Source of the DNA: Mycobacterium leprae TN
GTDB taxonomy: Bacteria > Actinomycetota > Actinomycetes > Mycobacteriales > Mycobacteriaceae
Length of the DNA: 32,000 bases
Direction: 5' to 3'
Assembly (NCBI RefSeq): GCF_000195855.1
Contig: NC_002677.1
Span: 1,380,001-1,412,000 of the forward strand
The notes beneath the pieces were generated by a model. That model did no database searches, was not told where the DNA came from, and saw nothing but the letters and a program-made list of their open reading frames with translations. Made by a program: the position numbers and the translations under genes. How positions within the stretch are numbered: position 1 is the stretch's first letter; each line of letters opens with the position of its first letter. This document shows, piece after piece, positions 1 through 11,099 of the stretch.

Positions 1-299
1 CCGTGCCAGGGCATCCGTGCTATCGACGGTGACCGGACCAACATCGTCTACTACAGCGACATCTGCGCCGACGACAGATATCGCCTCGGCCAGGCGTAAG
101 TGGGCTGGACGGTGGTATGTGAGCCAACACCAAGCCTGGCGTCCTGCAAGTCGTGGCCGCACCCGACGGCTTGCAGGACACCTCAATCATGAGGCATCAG
201 GTCAAGTTGGTAGCCGCAGTGGTCGACAACGCCACTTAAGCACCTGTGCCGATTCGCTACTCAACTAGTTTGAGCGAGCGGCTCTTAGGTAGTTTTACG

Positions 300-587
300 T
301 TAGGACCAAGCGGAACTGACAGAGCGGTCAGTGTCAGCCATGGAGGAGCTGGCGCGTTGCACCTTTTGGCCGTGAGAGTTGGCCTGCTCGTAAATCATCT
401 GGAAGTTACGACCCAGGTCGGCTATGAACATTTCATGGGCAGTCGAACCTTGTCCGCCCCAAAACTCAGCGGCGTCCCGCACAGTGGCTAGAATGGCCTG
501 GTGGGTGGTCTCCAACGCAGCCGCTTGAGCGCGGATAGCCGCTCCATGTGCGTCGATCTCCCCAAACTGGTAGTTAATGTTTCCCAT
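300..587 (-). CDS. ESAT-6-like WXG100 protein, EsxL/N/O (Mtb9.9) subfamily; start reassigned to the internal ATG at 587 (MGNINYQFGEIDAHGAAIRAQ...)
   Basis: Supplied ORF runs 300-638; residues from Met18 match the remembered Mtb9.9 family pattern (INYQFG-DAHGA-IRAQA...FWGG-GS...LGRNFQ-IYEQAN-HGQKVQ). WXG-type FWGG motif present. Lies immediately downstream of a partner esx gene. Confidence 0.93.
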   Translation of the reverse strand: MGNINYQFGEIDAHGAAIRAQAAALETTHQAILATVRDAAEFWGGQGSTAHEMFIADLGRNFQMIYEQANSHGQKVQRASSSMADTDRSVSSAWS

Positions 588-638
588 TACTTTGTCTCCT
601 CCTGCACTGAAAGTATTGATTAGCAGCGATTTTCGCAA

Positions 639-941
639 CTAGCTGCCAGAAAGGATTTTCCTCGAGTTCTCTTCTTGGTGCTCGTAGCGATCGGCGGCGG
701 TACCCAGCTGGTCACGCACGTCCTGCAGCAGGGTCACTATGTGGCGAAACGCCTGATTTATCTGCCCCATGGTGTCGTGGGAGGTCAACTGGGCGGTCCC
801 ACTCCAGCCCGCACCAGCGATGTCCATCGAGGACATGAACATCTTGTGGGACTCGTCTCGCACGTTCTGGGCGTGCATGTCAAATTTGCGCGCCATGTCC
901 CGCATCGCCTGTGGGTCGGTCATAAAATGTGCAGCTGTCAT
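639..941 (-). CDS. ESAT-6-like WXG100 protein, EsxJ/K/M/P/W subfamily
   Basis: MTAAHFMTDPQAMRDMARKFDMHAQNV...GAGWSGTAQLTSHDTMGQINQAFRHIV; WSG motif at the helix hairpin; 100 aa; adjacent to esxL/N-like gene. Confidence 0.93.
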   Translation of the reverse strand: MTAAHFMTDPQAMRDMARKFDMHAQNVRDESHKMFMSSMDIAGAGWSGTAQLTSHDTMGQINQAFRHIVTLLQDVRDQLGTAADRYEHQEENSRKILSGS

Positions 942-1003
942 CCTTTATAATTTCCTTCCATTGATTTCGTTGCGTTGTGGATGAAACGTCAACCTCGCAG
1001 CTT

Positions 1004-2269
1004 TTATCCCGCTGCGGGGTTGCGGGGCATCACGAAAGCTCTTGGTTGCAGGCGTAGTGCAGTGTTGACGCCGCCAGTACCGCTGCCTCCGCCAGGGACC
1101 ATAGGTGCCATCGGTAGCCCGCCCCCCAGCAGCGGCGCCGATTCGCTTTCGGTTGCGACGGCCACCCTGGCTGGCGACAATGCGCGCGTCGCTGCCGTAA
1201 CCGGCTGGCTGGCCGTGGTCCAAGTTTGCGGCACCCGCAACGAGCCGATCGACGCGGCCCGACCCAATTGAGCAGTCACGTGACCACCCGAGCTTGAACC
1301 CAGCAATCCGCGGCCTGTCGACTGTACAGCACTTCCCATCGCCTTAAACGCGCTTTCTGCTGCCTTGGTCGTCGTCGGCGCCAAGCTCTTCATCGCCGAA
1401 CCCATGCCGTTGACCAATGACAAACCCGCATTGGCCATGCCCGCATGGTTGTTGATCATCGATAAGGTGTCGTTTATGGGCGACAAGTGTTGTGCAAAGC
1501 CCCCCCACAACTGTGGTGCGGCAGCCGACGAAGAGTCAGGAACAGCTGTTTGTGGGGTGGCGACGTCTACATTTACTTGCTGGTCCACTTGCGGTACGAC
1601 AGTAGCTTCCATCCCCTCATTGACCGCCTGATCGAGTGCGGCTTGGCTGATTGCCTGCTCGGCCTCAACAACCTCCTCAACAACCTCCTCAACAACCTCC
1701 TCAACAACCTCCTCAACAACCTCCTGGGCTAACCCGACCTCATTGACCCCCAGCGGCGGCGCCGTAAATGCTTTCGTCGCCCCCACTGCCTCCAGCACAC
1801 TAGCTTGATAGCTGGTCATTGCTGCCGCGTCTTGGATCCACATCTCGGTGTATTCGGCCTCCTTCTCCGCGATCGCGGTGGAGTTTTGCCCGAAAATGTT
1901 GCTCATAATCAGCAGGCATGCTTGCGCGCGGTTCACGAACACCATCAGGGGCGGCACCGTCATTGTAAAAGCTGTTTCGTAGGCGTTCGCTGCTACCGTG
2001 AGCTGGGTTGCGGTCAGCTCGGCGCTTGCGGCGTTCTGGGTAAGCCACTTCTCATACGGCGTGACCCGCTCTGCCAGCGCCGCTGCTGACTCACCTTCAA
2101 ATGTTGTTAGTAATGCTTCGACCGCTGACTGCAACCCCTGCGCTGCAGCAGTCAGCTCCTTAGCCAGAACAACCCATGCTGCGGCAGCGGTCAATATCGG
2201 GCTGGAGCCCGGGCCGAGATACATCCGGGTGGAGTTGGTCTCGGGCGACAGCGCTGCGAAATCGAACAT
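1004..2269 (-). CDS. PPE family protein (probably SVP-type, degenerate SVP motif 'GSLRVPQTW')
   Basis: N-terminus MFDFAALSPETNSTRMYLGPG and conserved PPE-domain blocks; C-terminal GSLRVPxxW; contains (EEVV)n segment encoded by a 12-bp tandem repeat; located between PE and esx genes. Confidence 0.93.
   Translation of the reverse strand: MFDFAALSPETNSTRMYLGPGSSPILTAAAAWVVLAKELTAAAQGLQSAVEALLTTFEGESAAALAERVTPYEKWLTQNAASAELTATQLTVAANAYETAFTMTVPPLMVFVNRAQACLLIMSNIFGQNSTAIAEKEAEYTEMWIQDAAAMTSYQASVLEAVGATKAFTAPPLGVNEVGLAQEVVEEVVEEVVEEVVEEVVEAEQAISQAALDQAVNEGMEATVVPQVDQQVNVDVATPQTAVPDSSSAAAPQLWGGFAQHLSPINDTLSMINNHAGMANAGLSLVNGMGSAMKSLAPTTTKAAESAFKAMGSAVQSTGRGLLGSSSGGHVTAQLGRAASIGSLRVPQTWTTASQPVTAATRALSPARVAVATESESAPLLGGGLPMAPMVPGGGSGTGGVNTALRLQPRAFVMPRNPAAG
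1663..1722. repeat. Perfect tandem repeat, 5 copies of 12 bp (CCTCAACAACCT on + strand), in frame within the PPE gene
   Basis: Counted directly: 1663-1674, 1675-1686, 1687-1698, 1699-1710, 1711-1722, plus a partial CCT. Encodes EEVVEEVVEEVV... on the minus strand. Confidence 0.98.
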
Positions 2270-2325
2270 CTCGTCGCTCCCTTATTACTCGTTGGTAGCC
2301 ACTCGTGTGCAGCTAGCGACGTCCG

Positions 2326-2625
2326 CTATAAACTATCGTGATTGGCAGTCTCGGTACCCGCATATGCTGACGAGCTCGTCAACAAGCTCTGGATTAGATC
2401 CTGATGATTGGTCGCGCCCTGAGAGGCGTGCGCCTGGTACTGTCTCCCATGGCCACTGAAAAAATGTGCTAGCAAGATTGACACATCATCGGCAGCTGGG
2501 GGAGCAATTTCAGTGGTCAGCTGGGCCGCCGCGGCGTTGCTTGCCACTGTGGCAGCACTGAGGCCCTCCAAGGTGTTAGCTGCCGCGGTCAGGGCCTGTG
2601 GCTCTGCATTCAAGAAAAGGGGCAT
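2326..2625 (-). CDS. PE family protein, 99 aa, PE-domain only
   Basis: MPLFLNAEPQALTAAANTLEGLSAATVASNAAAAQLTTEIAPPAADDVSILLAHFFSGHGRQYQAHASQGA... matches the PE domain pattern; upstream of the PPE gene in the same orientation. Confidence 0.88.
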   Translation of the reverse strand: MPLFLNAEPQALTAAANTLEGLSAATVASNAAAAQLTTEIAPPAADDVSILLAHFFSGHGRQYQAHASQGATNHQDLIQSLLTSSSAYAGTETANHDSL

Positions 2626-3619
2626 GCGGTTCCTCCTCGAAACTCAAACAATCCGACTACTGCACGGGGAAAGCTCAAGCGACCTGCTCACCTGCGCCTC
2701 CCTTCCGACTGCTTGGTGGTACGAACTGGCCTTAATGATCTCCGTTATGCAACGTTTACAACAGGTTAAGAGTTTATAACAGGTTAAAACCACCCGAGTT
2801 GCCGCAGTTTAAGGTGCAAAGTGCACCCATCGACCCGGCAAAAGGTTAATTCCGTCTAAACAAATAAACACTAGGTAAACAGCACTCGAAAGATTTGTAA
2901 AATTGGGCAACAGTATGCATGCTCCGTCACCGGTGTAATTGCCAGGTATGCTTCCCCGCCCGGAGCGATGGGTACACCACCCGCAGCGGATCCTAGTTAT
3001 GCGATATATGACGCCTAAAACGATTATCGTTACCGGTGTCAGTGGCGGCATCGGGCTGCGACGACTCGTCGGTTACGTCGGCGAGGCGAAACACTACTTG
3101 TTGTAGTGGTGGTGGACCGGTAGGTAAGCAGGACCGCCGTCGTGGCCACGGAGTTGGGCACGGACTATACTTAGGTGTTGCCTTCTCCGAGCTGTGCTGG
3201 CCACATGAACTTTCCTTCGTAAGGTCACCATCACTGACTTGAAAAGTGCGGATCGGAGTCGGCCTAACACTGGCCTATGTGCTCGTGAAGCTGGAATTTA
3301 TCTTGTTCACCAGGGAATTGCATCGGCGTTACCGTTTTGACGGGGCTCTCGGTTGCTTAAACTCATATTGTGCAGCACAGGCCGGTGGAGCGATTTGTCG
3401 TGGCCGTAGACCAGAACTCCTAACCAGTTGGTCTAGTTGGTTACCACCACGCCCGGTGTGGATTGGGTTCCTGGCGAAATACTATAATCGAAGTACAAGT
3501 ATCGCGGAAATCAATCGCGCAGCCTACGACCTAGGTTTTGCGTGTCTATTTTGAGATCGCACACTGGCCCAGATCACCTAACAACTCCAGCGAGTGATCA
3601 CCCGTCAGAAATCGCATAC

Positions 3620-4713
3620 GCTGACCCCAAAATCGATAATTCTCCTTATGATTGCACGGTTTCGCAGGTCATTGTAGGCGTTGTTGATGTTGTATAAACG
3701 TTAGTGCTTCGTGATCATCTCGTCTAGCTGTACTTGGCCTGTCTAGGGTAGATCCTGGCCAGTCGGAAGATGTCCTCCTGTGGGTTGTGTGAACTAAAGA
3801 CGTTGCCTGCGAGCATTTTGTTCATCGGGGTCAAGTCCTGAAGATCAATCTTGATTGGCCAAGTCAGTTGCGAGGCCATGCCGGTGAGTACGGAGACCCC
3901 GCTCTTGCAGGGTAGCATTAGCGCGTAGTGGACGTTGTCGCTGACGATCAACAAAGGCGAGATGACAACGGCGTCAGCCATTATTCCATATGTCAGATGG
4001 CGTAACAGATTTAGTGCGTCGACCACTATTGCAGCTTTGTGGGTAGCGCTGAGCTGCCGTGCTAATTTTTGCTTGAATTCGCCTCGATCAACAGAGACCA
4101 TCTTTGCGGCGCCTCCGATCCGGGTGCTCTGGATCGCACTGGTTTGGATTCCTCCGGTACCGCCTGAGTGCATTCCGGGACAGTTTGCAATTGAATCGTA
4201 GCCGGCTGTAATGGCGCACGACAGTAACGCGCTTGGTGCCAGTGGCCAGTGGTAAGTGGTGGTTCTGTCTTCACGAGTGAATCCCTAGATACCACAGTGG
4301 TGTTTTGTGAAGGGTTTCCGACATTGGCACAGATGGCCGAGGATCAATCATCGGCAGTGTGATGGCGGAATGTGCCGTCGGTAGGCATGTCCGGCGTTAA
4401 GACGGTGGCCCCGATGTCACAGATGTACTCCATTGTGTTCGCACACCAGCGGGACTGGCAGCACACTGCGCCCAGCGATATCGTCAAGGCATCGTGCCAG
4501 CCGATCGTCGGGAACATGAGTGGGCAGCTCGAGGGATCGAAGCGCTTTATTGGATGCGGACAGATCCTCTTTGAGGATGTGGTCATCGGAGTGGCACAAC
4601 CAGGAAGCAACTATCTCGACCGGGACTTCGCCGGTCCACGGCGGGTCTAGTTCACATTCCTCACCAGACCACGGTCCGCCGACGTCATGCAGGATAGCCG
4701 CCCGACTCCTCAT
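3620..4713 (-). pseudogene. Decayed Zn-dependent (MDR-family) alcohol dehydrogenase; boundaries approximate
   Basis: Minus-strand fragments in successive frames: MRSRAAILHDVGGPWSGEECELDPPWTGEVPVEIVASWLCHSDDHI (4713 down), CRWCANTMEYICDIGATVLTPDMPTDGTFRHH, GGTGGIQTSAIQSTRIGGAAKMVSVDRGEFKQKLARQLSATHKA...IDLQDLTPMNKMLAGNVFSSHNPQEDIFRLARIY, then YNINNAYNDLRNRAIIRRIIDF. Order matches an ADH; frames change and stops intervene. Confidence 0.88.
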
Positions 4714-4739
4714 GCTGCCTTTCTATACGGACGTGAAAG

Positions 4740-5215
4740 TGACCAGGAAGTCTATTGGGCTATCAGGTAAGGTCAACCCGACAATTCTGGACTTTTTATC
4801 CTTTCCATGGTTGCCAACAAGGGCCTAGATTTAGTGATGCGATCGAACAAGTTGTTCAACATCACCCGTGTGTCCAGCTGTGCTAGGCCTATCCCTAGGC
4901 ACATGTGGCTCCCAGCCAAGGTGGTATGAGCTTGCCGTGGCCAGTGGATGTCGAAGGTGTTGGGCTCGGTCCACCGGCTTCCATCGCGGTTGGCCGAGCC
5001 CATGAGTATGTCGACTCCTGCGTTGGGAAGGATGGTCTTGCCGCCTATTGCGAGTTAGGCAATTGTAATCCGGGTGACTGAGGCCCAGTTGGGGGTTTCG
5101 GACCGCGAGCCTTCTTCGATCGCGCTTGGAATCAGGGACCGGTCCTAATAACCATCGCCAGCTGCTCGGGGTGGATGTAGATAATCCGGCCTGAACTGGC
5201 CCACTGCTACGTCAA
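4740..5215 (-). pseudogene. Cytochrome P450 C-terminal fragment
   Basis: Minus strand: HPEQLAMVIRTGP*, ...ILPNAGVDILMGSANRDGSRWTEPNTFDI, then HTTLAGSHMCLGIGLAQLDTRVMLNNLFDR (degenerate haem-binding FGxGxHxCxG region with Cys retained). Frame changes and stops present. Confidence 0.85.
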
Positions 5216-5479
5216 CGAGCGTGGTGATCAAGCCGCCTCGGAGCGCGCCAGAAGTGTTGACCATCTGCGGGCTAATCGGCGTCGTCGTCGCGAACTTGCC
5301 TTCGCGGTGCTCGGCCGCTCGCTGATCTGGGTGAACAGCTCGCCGAGCAAGGGCGGGGATTGCTCGTCGCTGTTTCGAATGCCGAGAGTGCCGCTAAAGG
5401 AATTATACAGTTGGCCGCGTCTATCGTGTGCTGGTTCCATTCGGTTCTCAGCCAATGTAACCGGAGTGCCCTCACCACC

Positions 5480-6000
5480 GTCTGCATGGATATCCCGGCC
5501 GCGGCACCGATATCCATGCCCGGGCCCAAGACCCGTCGGTGATGCCTTGTTCCACGATGTCGCGGATCAATTGGTAGAGCGGAGGGAGGCACGTGCGCGT
5601 ATTCGCGGGGACGGGTCTCGTCCAGATGCAGGTTATTAGAGACTCAACTACAGATTTTAGCGTGTTGTCCTGAGTGCTTGATTCTGGCTGTGTGCTGATG
5701 CTGTCGATCATCAGTTCAGCGTGGCGGTGCTGTTTAGTCTGCGGGTCGCAGCGTGCTGCAAGTGTGCCGATTGCGCGATAATCCTGTCTAACAGTGCTAG
5801 CAGCAATTCGTTTTTGCTACTGAAATGCTGGTAAAATGTGCACAGCGCGTCTTGGAGCGTGGGAAGACTTCTTGCACGGTGAAGTCGGCGTGTTCCGATT
5901 TTGCTCAGTATTTCTACTGCTATCTTGATTTTACAAAGTGGTCGGCGCGCGCTATCTTTCGACGTCATCCGCTCTGGTCGTGGGCCTCTCACTCAACTCT
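5480..6000 (-). pseudogene. TetR-family regulator remnant
   Basis: Minus-strand fragments AVEILSKIGTRRLH...TFYQHFSSKNELLLALLDRII (TetR helix-turn-helix signature) and PPLYQLIRDIVEQGITDGSWA (typical TetR C-terminal region), in different frames. Confidence 0.7.
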
Positions 6001-6670
6001 AAGACCGACGTTCATCTCTGGGAATGCGGTTACAGTATTTTGTTGCGGCCGGTAGTGCGAATCCTCGCCTCGGTAGTTGGCCCCGCTTTGCTCGATTTGT
6101 GTTGTGGCTTAACGATTTTGAGTATTGTTTGCTTTTTCTTGGTGCGGCGGCAATGCGGTGCGCCCGCATGGTGATGCGCCAGCCCGGACAAATGAGCTGG
6201 TGCCGACAAGAACCTACGGAACTGTACATTTGGCATTGCGGAAAATCTACGAAACCGTATTTGCAAGCAACAGTCGACAACTGTAATATTCTCCCAGCCT
6301 TATAGTGTGGATCACGTATACAATTTTGTCAGGGAAGCTTGAATGACGAAGGTTTGGACGGTAGCCGAGATGGAGATGATACGTAAGAGGTATCGATGGT
6401 GACAGTGCGAGGGGTGAACAAAGGATTGGCGTTGAACAGTTCGTCAGTGCCAACTTTGGTTGATGCTCATGTTGTTGCGGTGCCTGCTATTACGCGCAGA
6501 GCGGCGAGTGGCGGTTGATGCCGAGCTTTTTCCCGCAAGTGACTACGAACGTAAAGTCCATTCGACAGTTGAGGTTTATTTTTCTTTGGCTAGTGGAGAC
6601 AGGCGATGGGGCTGACGACTCCTGCTGATGTTCATAATGTTGCGTTCTCTTAAGCCACGCATCGGCAAAC

Positions 6671-7084
6671 GTGGTTACAGCGAAGAATGAGGTCGATCTC
6701 TTTCTTGACCTCATTGAGGAAGAGGTGGTCAGCCATATCGAGAGGAATGCTGAGCTCCGTAATCGTGTTGCTGGGCTAGACAAGCGGAACACCAGGCTCG
6801 CTGACGGACAAGTCGAGCTTGCACAGCGGTGCACTGCTGTCACTCAGCGGGAACGGCAAGTTGGTGAACAAGAGGCCCGGCTGTGCCCGCAAGAAGCCGC
6901 GATCGCCCGGCGGGAGGTCCGGCTGCGTCAGCAAGAAACCGAGTTTGCCCAACGGCACGCTGTTGTGAGTGAAGGTGAATGGCAAGTTAGCCAACAAGAG
7001 GCTTGGCTCTACGAGAGCAAGAAACTGAGATTCGTGAGCGGCAGGACCGATCAGAGTCGATCCGTCCTTTTGCGTCAACGGTGA
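6671..7084 (+). CDS. Hypothetical 137-aa charged coiled-coil ORF with 14-residue internal periodicity; may be intact or a remnant
   Basis: Blocks VELAQRCTAVTQRE / RQVGEQEARLCPQE / AAIARREVRLRQQE / TEFAQRHAVVSEGE / WQVSQQEAWLYESK are in strict 14-aa register (nt 6812-7021). Confidence 0.4.
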   Translation: MVTAKNEVDLFLDLIEEEVVSHIERNAELRNRVAGLDKRNTRLADGQVELAQRCTAVTQRERQVGEQEARLCPQEAAIARREVRLRQQETEFAQRHAVVSEGEWQVSQQEAWLYESKKLRFVSGRTDQSRSVLLRQR

Positions 7085-7529
7085 TGCAGCTATTTACCAT
7101 ATGACGCAGTCCTCTCACTCTGTGCCTCAATGCATTGCGCCACATCTGCAGCACGTCGTTACCCATGGTTTGCTTCGCTCCTAGAGTGGGCGGACAGTAA
7201 GCGCGGTGCATGGTCGGCACCGCATGGAGCGGACAGCCGATTCGGGCGGTGACCGACATACTCGGTAACAGGATGGCTGAGACGGTGTGTGAGTGTATGC
7301 GCACGAGTACGGTTCAACCCACGCCAGTGCGTAATTGCCTAATGAGGTGGTCTCTCCATTGCAGGATCTCATGCGCGAGAACGCCGAATTTAACCGATCC
7401 AACGGCATTCTCAAAGCTGTGGCGGCTCTCCTTGCTGCTGAGCTTGACCGGCACTAAGTGTGTTGTGGCCTGCGGTGCGATGATCAGCTTCTTCGGGCTG
7501 CTGTCACCGTTGAGCGGTTCACCTTATGT

Positions 7530-8510
7530 TGTCACTGTGTGTGGAATCTGGTCGATGAATTCCAGCGTTTTCGGAACTTTGTATCTGTCAAGCTTGCTCT
7601 TTGCTTAGTCGATCACCTGCTGCTCTGTCGACGGCACAGCCTTGTGGTTAGCGGAGTAGTTTGCACCACCGCGTGCGCACCTTGCATCCCCAGCGCGAGT
7701 CGGCCATTTCGACGACCACCACGTCCGGCAGATGCCTGAGTGTGTGGCAAGGGCAGACTCGACTTCGACTGGAAAGACGCTGGTGCCGCCGGTGATGATC
7801 ATGTCGGCAAGGCCGTCTACGATGTCGATGTGGAAGTGGCCATCGGATTACAGGTGGCGGATAATCGCCAAATTAAAGGAATCCAACGTCGGTTGACGGT
7901 AGCGGTAAAGCCCCACCCAGATAGCGGTAGTCAGTGCTCATCGGTGCGTGCAGATACATGTCGCCATCTTCTACCGGACCCCAGCGGTCTTTGTTCGGCA
8001 TCTAGAATTTGGATATCGGTATTCGAGAAGTCGCGGCCTACGTTGCCCGGATGAGTGAGCCACTCGTCGCTGCGCAATGCCGTGAGTCCTCGGGTTCTTA
8101 GTGCCTGTCGTAGGAGATGACAATCTGTTCGAGACTGAGTAGTTCGAGCCAGCTATGCAATAGCCGGTTGGCATCACGGCAGCGCCCTGCGAGGATAAAG
8201 ATTAAAGATGACGTTGGACAAGTCTCGTTTAGTCCGATGTCAGGCAGGGCTACGATACTCGCCAGCATGGTCGGCGTGGCCGTGAAGTTGGTAATCTGAT
8301 ACCACTCGACTATGTTCACAACCAGTGTCGCTTCGAACTTTTCGGGCATAACCAGATGGTCGTCTCCCATAAGAGATGAGGAGGGTGGCGAAGCCGTTTG
8401 GTGTGATGTATCGGCACGGGTACCAATGGCTTGCTGCCTGGACCACTGGCGTCCAGGTCGATCAGAACGGCTCGCTGTGCTGAGGGATGCGGAGCGACGG
8501 GGCTAAATTA
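7530..8510 (-). pseudogene. Decayed acyl-CoA synthetase / AMP-binding (FadD-type) gene; boundaries approximate
   Basis: Minus strand: EWYQITNFTATPTMLASIVALPDI (8098-8370), MIITGGTSVFPVEVESALATHSGI (C-terminal ANL 'GGxNVFPxEVE' motif, 7605-7802), then AKSKLDRYKVPKTLEFIDQIPHTVTT* (usual YKVPK...F...P.T.tGK end), interrupted by frame changes/stops. Confidence 0.88.
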
Positions 8511-9589
8511 AGGATCACCTTGGTCGTGTCGGTTGATTTTCTGCTGAAAATTCCTTTTTCTGTCGGGAAATTGCTTCAGGAATTGGGCTTTCGGACTCGC
8601 AGCTGAGAATATGCATAGGTGGGTGCATGGTAGAATAGTTTCTATTCCTGTCGCAGGGTGCGGTTATCGCTGTCCAACATCACCGAGCGGTTGTGCTACG
8701 CAGAGGACAGTGGCTGTGACGGAATAGCGTTCATTGATCATCTCGAGGTTCCCGGGCTCCATGATGAAAACATCTGAAATGTGATGGGAATTACGACCTT
8801 GGTAGCGGTCGGGCCTTAGCGCTGAAGATCGGTCATCTGATGCTATGCGACGCGTTCCGGTATCCGACGGTACTCGCTAAGCACGCTATCATCCTGCCGG
8901 CTGCGTTCGACGGCAAATTCAATTTCAGTCTAGGTTCGTGGTTGTGGTCGGCGGAGTTCGCCAGATTCGATATTATCCAGTAGGACCCGGTGGACCGGGT
9001 CGAGCAATTTCGGAAGCCACCTGGCGCTGACCACGCAGTATTGGGCTGACGGCGACAAGAGTCAGCGTTCCAGACCGGCTCGTCGGATACTGCTGGTTCT
9101 GGGTGGAAGTGGTCTTCTGATGATGTAATTCTTTGTCGGGTAATAGGATTGGTGGAACCTCCAGGAGAATCATATTGCTCGGTTGCCCCGGCTGGCTCAG
9201 GCGACGGGGCGTACTGGATCTCGGTGCAGCAGATAGCGGGCTTTGTTAGGTCAAGTAACTATTCGGCTGCTGTGCATGAGCTGAACACTCGGCTATTCGG
9301 CCACCTGGGCCCGGGACTCGTCTGTGGTGACGCCGGATGAATTGATCGCACACTTCGCGGGCTTGACGATTTATCGGGTGGAGCTTTTCTACGTGTGGTT
9401 TGCCGATTTCGTAGTCGGTTTCGCTGCGCGAGTTCGGTGAATTGGTGATCAAAGCATTCGGCCGAGTGGAACGGCATCGAGTTTCGGTCGGGGCACGGTC
9501 TGTGGCCGAGCGAAGGGGCCGCGCTGTACCGACCGCACTCAGCCGGATCTCCGGCAGTTCCAATGATGAATGGGTCGACGGTGTCTAAT

Positions 9590-10170
9590 TAGGCAACAGC
9601 TTTGGTGACGTTAGACACCTGGATTGCGTCCACCTTGACGGGGACGTCGGTCAGCATCTCGGTTTTACCTGTTCTGGCCGTCACGATGTGGACGTCGATG
9701 CCATTCCGGTCGACTTCGCGCCAATGCCCGGGCGAACGTATTCATGCCGTCTTTGGATGCCGAGTAGGGAGTCCTTTTGGCTGGTATAGGCTCGTGTGCC
9801 GCTGACGACGAGATAAACATCAACCGCGAATCCGCACGCATCAGCGGCAGCGGTCATTACGAAACACAAATCCAGTCTGGCCGAGCCGATTGCCTGCCAT
9901 TGCTCGAGTGTTTGCTTGTGCACGTATGTTTCCCAGCTTATCGGCCTTGTGAAAGATAAGGTCGACCGATTCCAGTGTGTTTATGGCATCAGGTGATTCC
10001 GCTGTATCGGATGCTTAGGTCACGATATGGTGGTTCACGATCTCTACGGAGCGTAGCAAGACTTGACGTCGCTCCGCCAACATCATGTCGTACTTTAGCT
10101 CACATAGCCTGCGAACACATGCTTTCCTGACCCTGTCGTTGCTGTCGGTGAGCAGTGCGGTTCTGGTGTT
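9590..10170 (-). pseudogene. Short-chain dehydrogenase/reductase (SDR) remnant
   Basis: Minus strand: FISSSAAHEPIPAKRTPYSASKDGMNTFARALA (Ser...YxxxK catalytic block), then GIDVHIVTARTGKTEML; N-terminal-like segment TALLTDSNDRVRKACVRRLCELKYDMMLAERRQ upstream; frames change between blocks. Confidence 0.8.
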
Positions 10171-10299
10171 CAAGGGCGCCGAATATCTTTCGGATGCGAC
10201 AATTCCTGCGGTGAAAGCGCATAGATCCGTTGTTCGTGTCCAGCTTGACGACACATTAGGTCTGGGTGTCGGCCAGCGGTCCGGCGTGCCCGGTCGACG

Positions 10300-10940
10300 T
10301 CACCTTCGGTGATCGTCTCAGCGAACTTGATATGCGTGTTGAGCCCGGCACGGCGCTTCGCCAGCGATGGGTAAGTTCCCCGCGCTGAGCTCTCGTTCGA
10401 CTACTGCCGTTCATGGCTGGTCCACAGCGTCTCTAAGCTGCCTACTACCGCGATGTATGGTGTAGTTGCCGCGGACGATGAGATCGTGGAATCGACACCC
10501 ATTTCAGTGAAGAGCAGGCTGTCTTCGGGGTGCATAGCGATGGAATCATTGATTTTACTTAAGTTTTGGCACTAAGAATATCCTCGCGGTCGTGCTACTG
10601 GGCTGCCAGTGCGGCGCAGGCAGGTTCGAGTTCCTGTAATGCCGCGCCGAGGTCGGCGAGCGCGATTGACTTACTCTGCAGCAGTAAACCAAGCATGTAA
10701 GCGGCGCTGGTCCTGGTTGGTGTGTGCACAACGACGCTGCCACGGTTGCCTCGCCGTAACGAGATTAGCCTCTCAGTGTCCATGATCTGCAGCGCTTCCC
10801 GAAATGAGAGCAAGCTGACGTTTAACGGTTCGACGAGCGCTTCCTGGCGCGGCAACAGGTTGCCGTCGATGATCTGGCAGCACAGCTCGTTCAGCTACGA
10901 TTTCGTCTATCCTCGGTGTCGACAACCGGCGACGGGCGTC
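10300..10940 (-). pseudogene. GntR-family regulator remnant (N-terminal HTH well preserved)
   Basis: Minus strand: LNELCCQIIDGNLLPRQEALVEPLNVSLLSFREALQIMDTERLISLRRGNRGSVVVHTPTRTSAAYMLGLLLQ..., fits the GntR winged HTH pattern; ORF stops at 10595; downstream part not confidently traced. Confidence 0.75.
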
Positions 10941-11099
10941 GTCACCAAGTGCTAAGGCGATGATCTGATCCTCGCAACTCGATTTAATTTAATGATGTAA
11001 TTTATTACATTTAGTGATTTAATTTTTACGTGGTGACCCGCGGTTCTTGCTTTAGCTAATTTAACAATTATATTGTAAATAGTTGCGTGAGTTGCGGGT

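Noticed and set aside
17-491. Small ORFs at the left edge (83 aa and 81 aa)
   Set aside because: The second is antisense to the Esx gene; the first shows no recognisable family and may be the edge of a pseudogene cut by the window.
2750-2795. Two nearby AACAGGTTAA motifs
   Set aside because: Short, imperfectly spaced AT-rich similarity; not distinguishable from chance.
3246-3554. 102-aa plus-strand ORF
   Set aside because: No recognisable motif and composition resembles surrounding decayed sequence; not enough support to call a gene.
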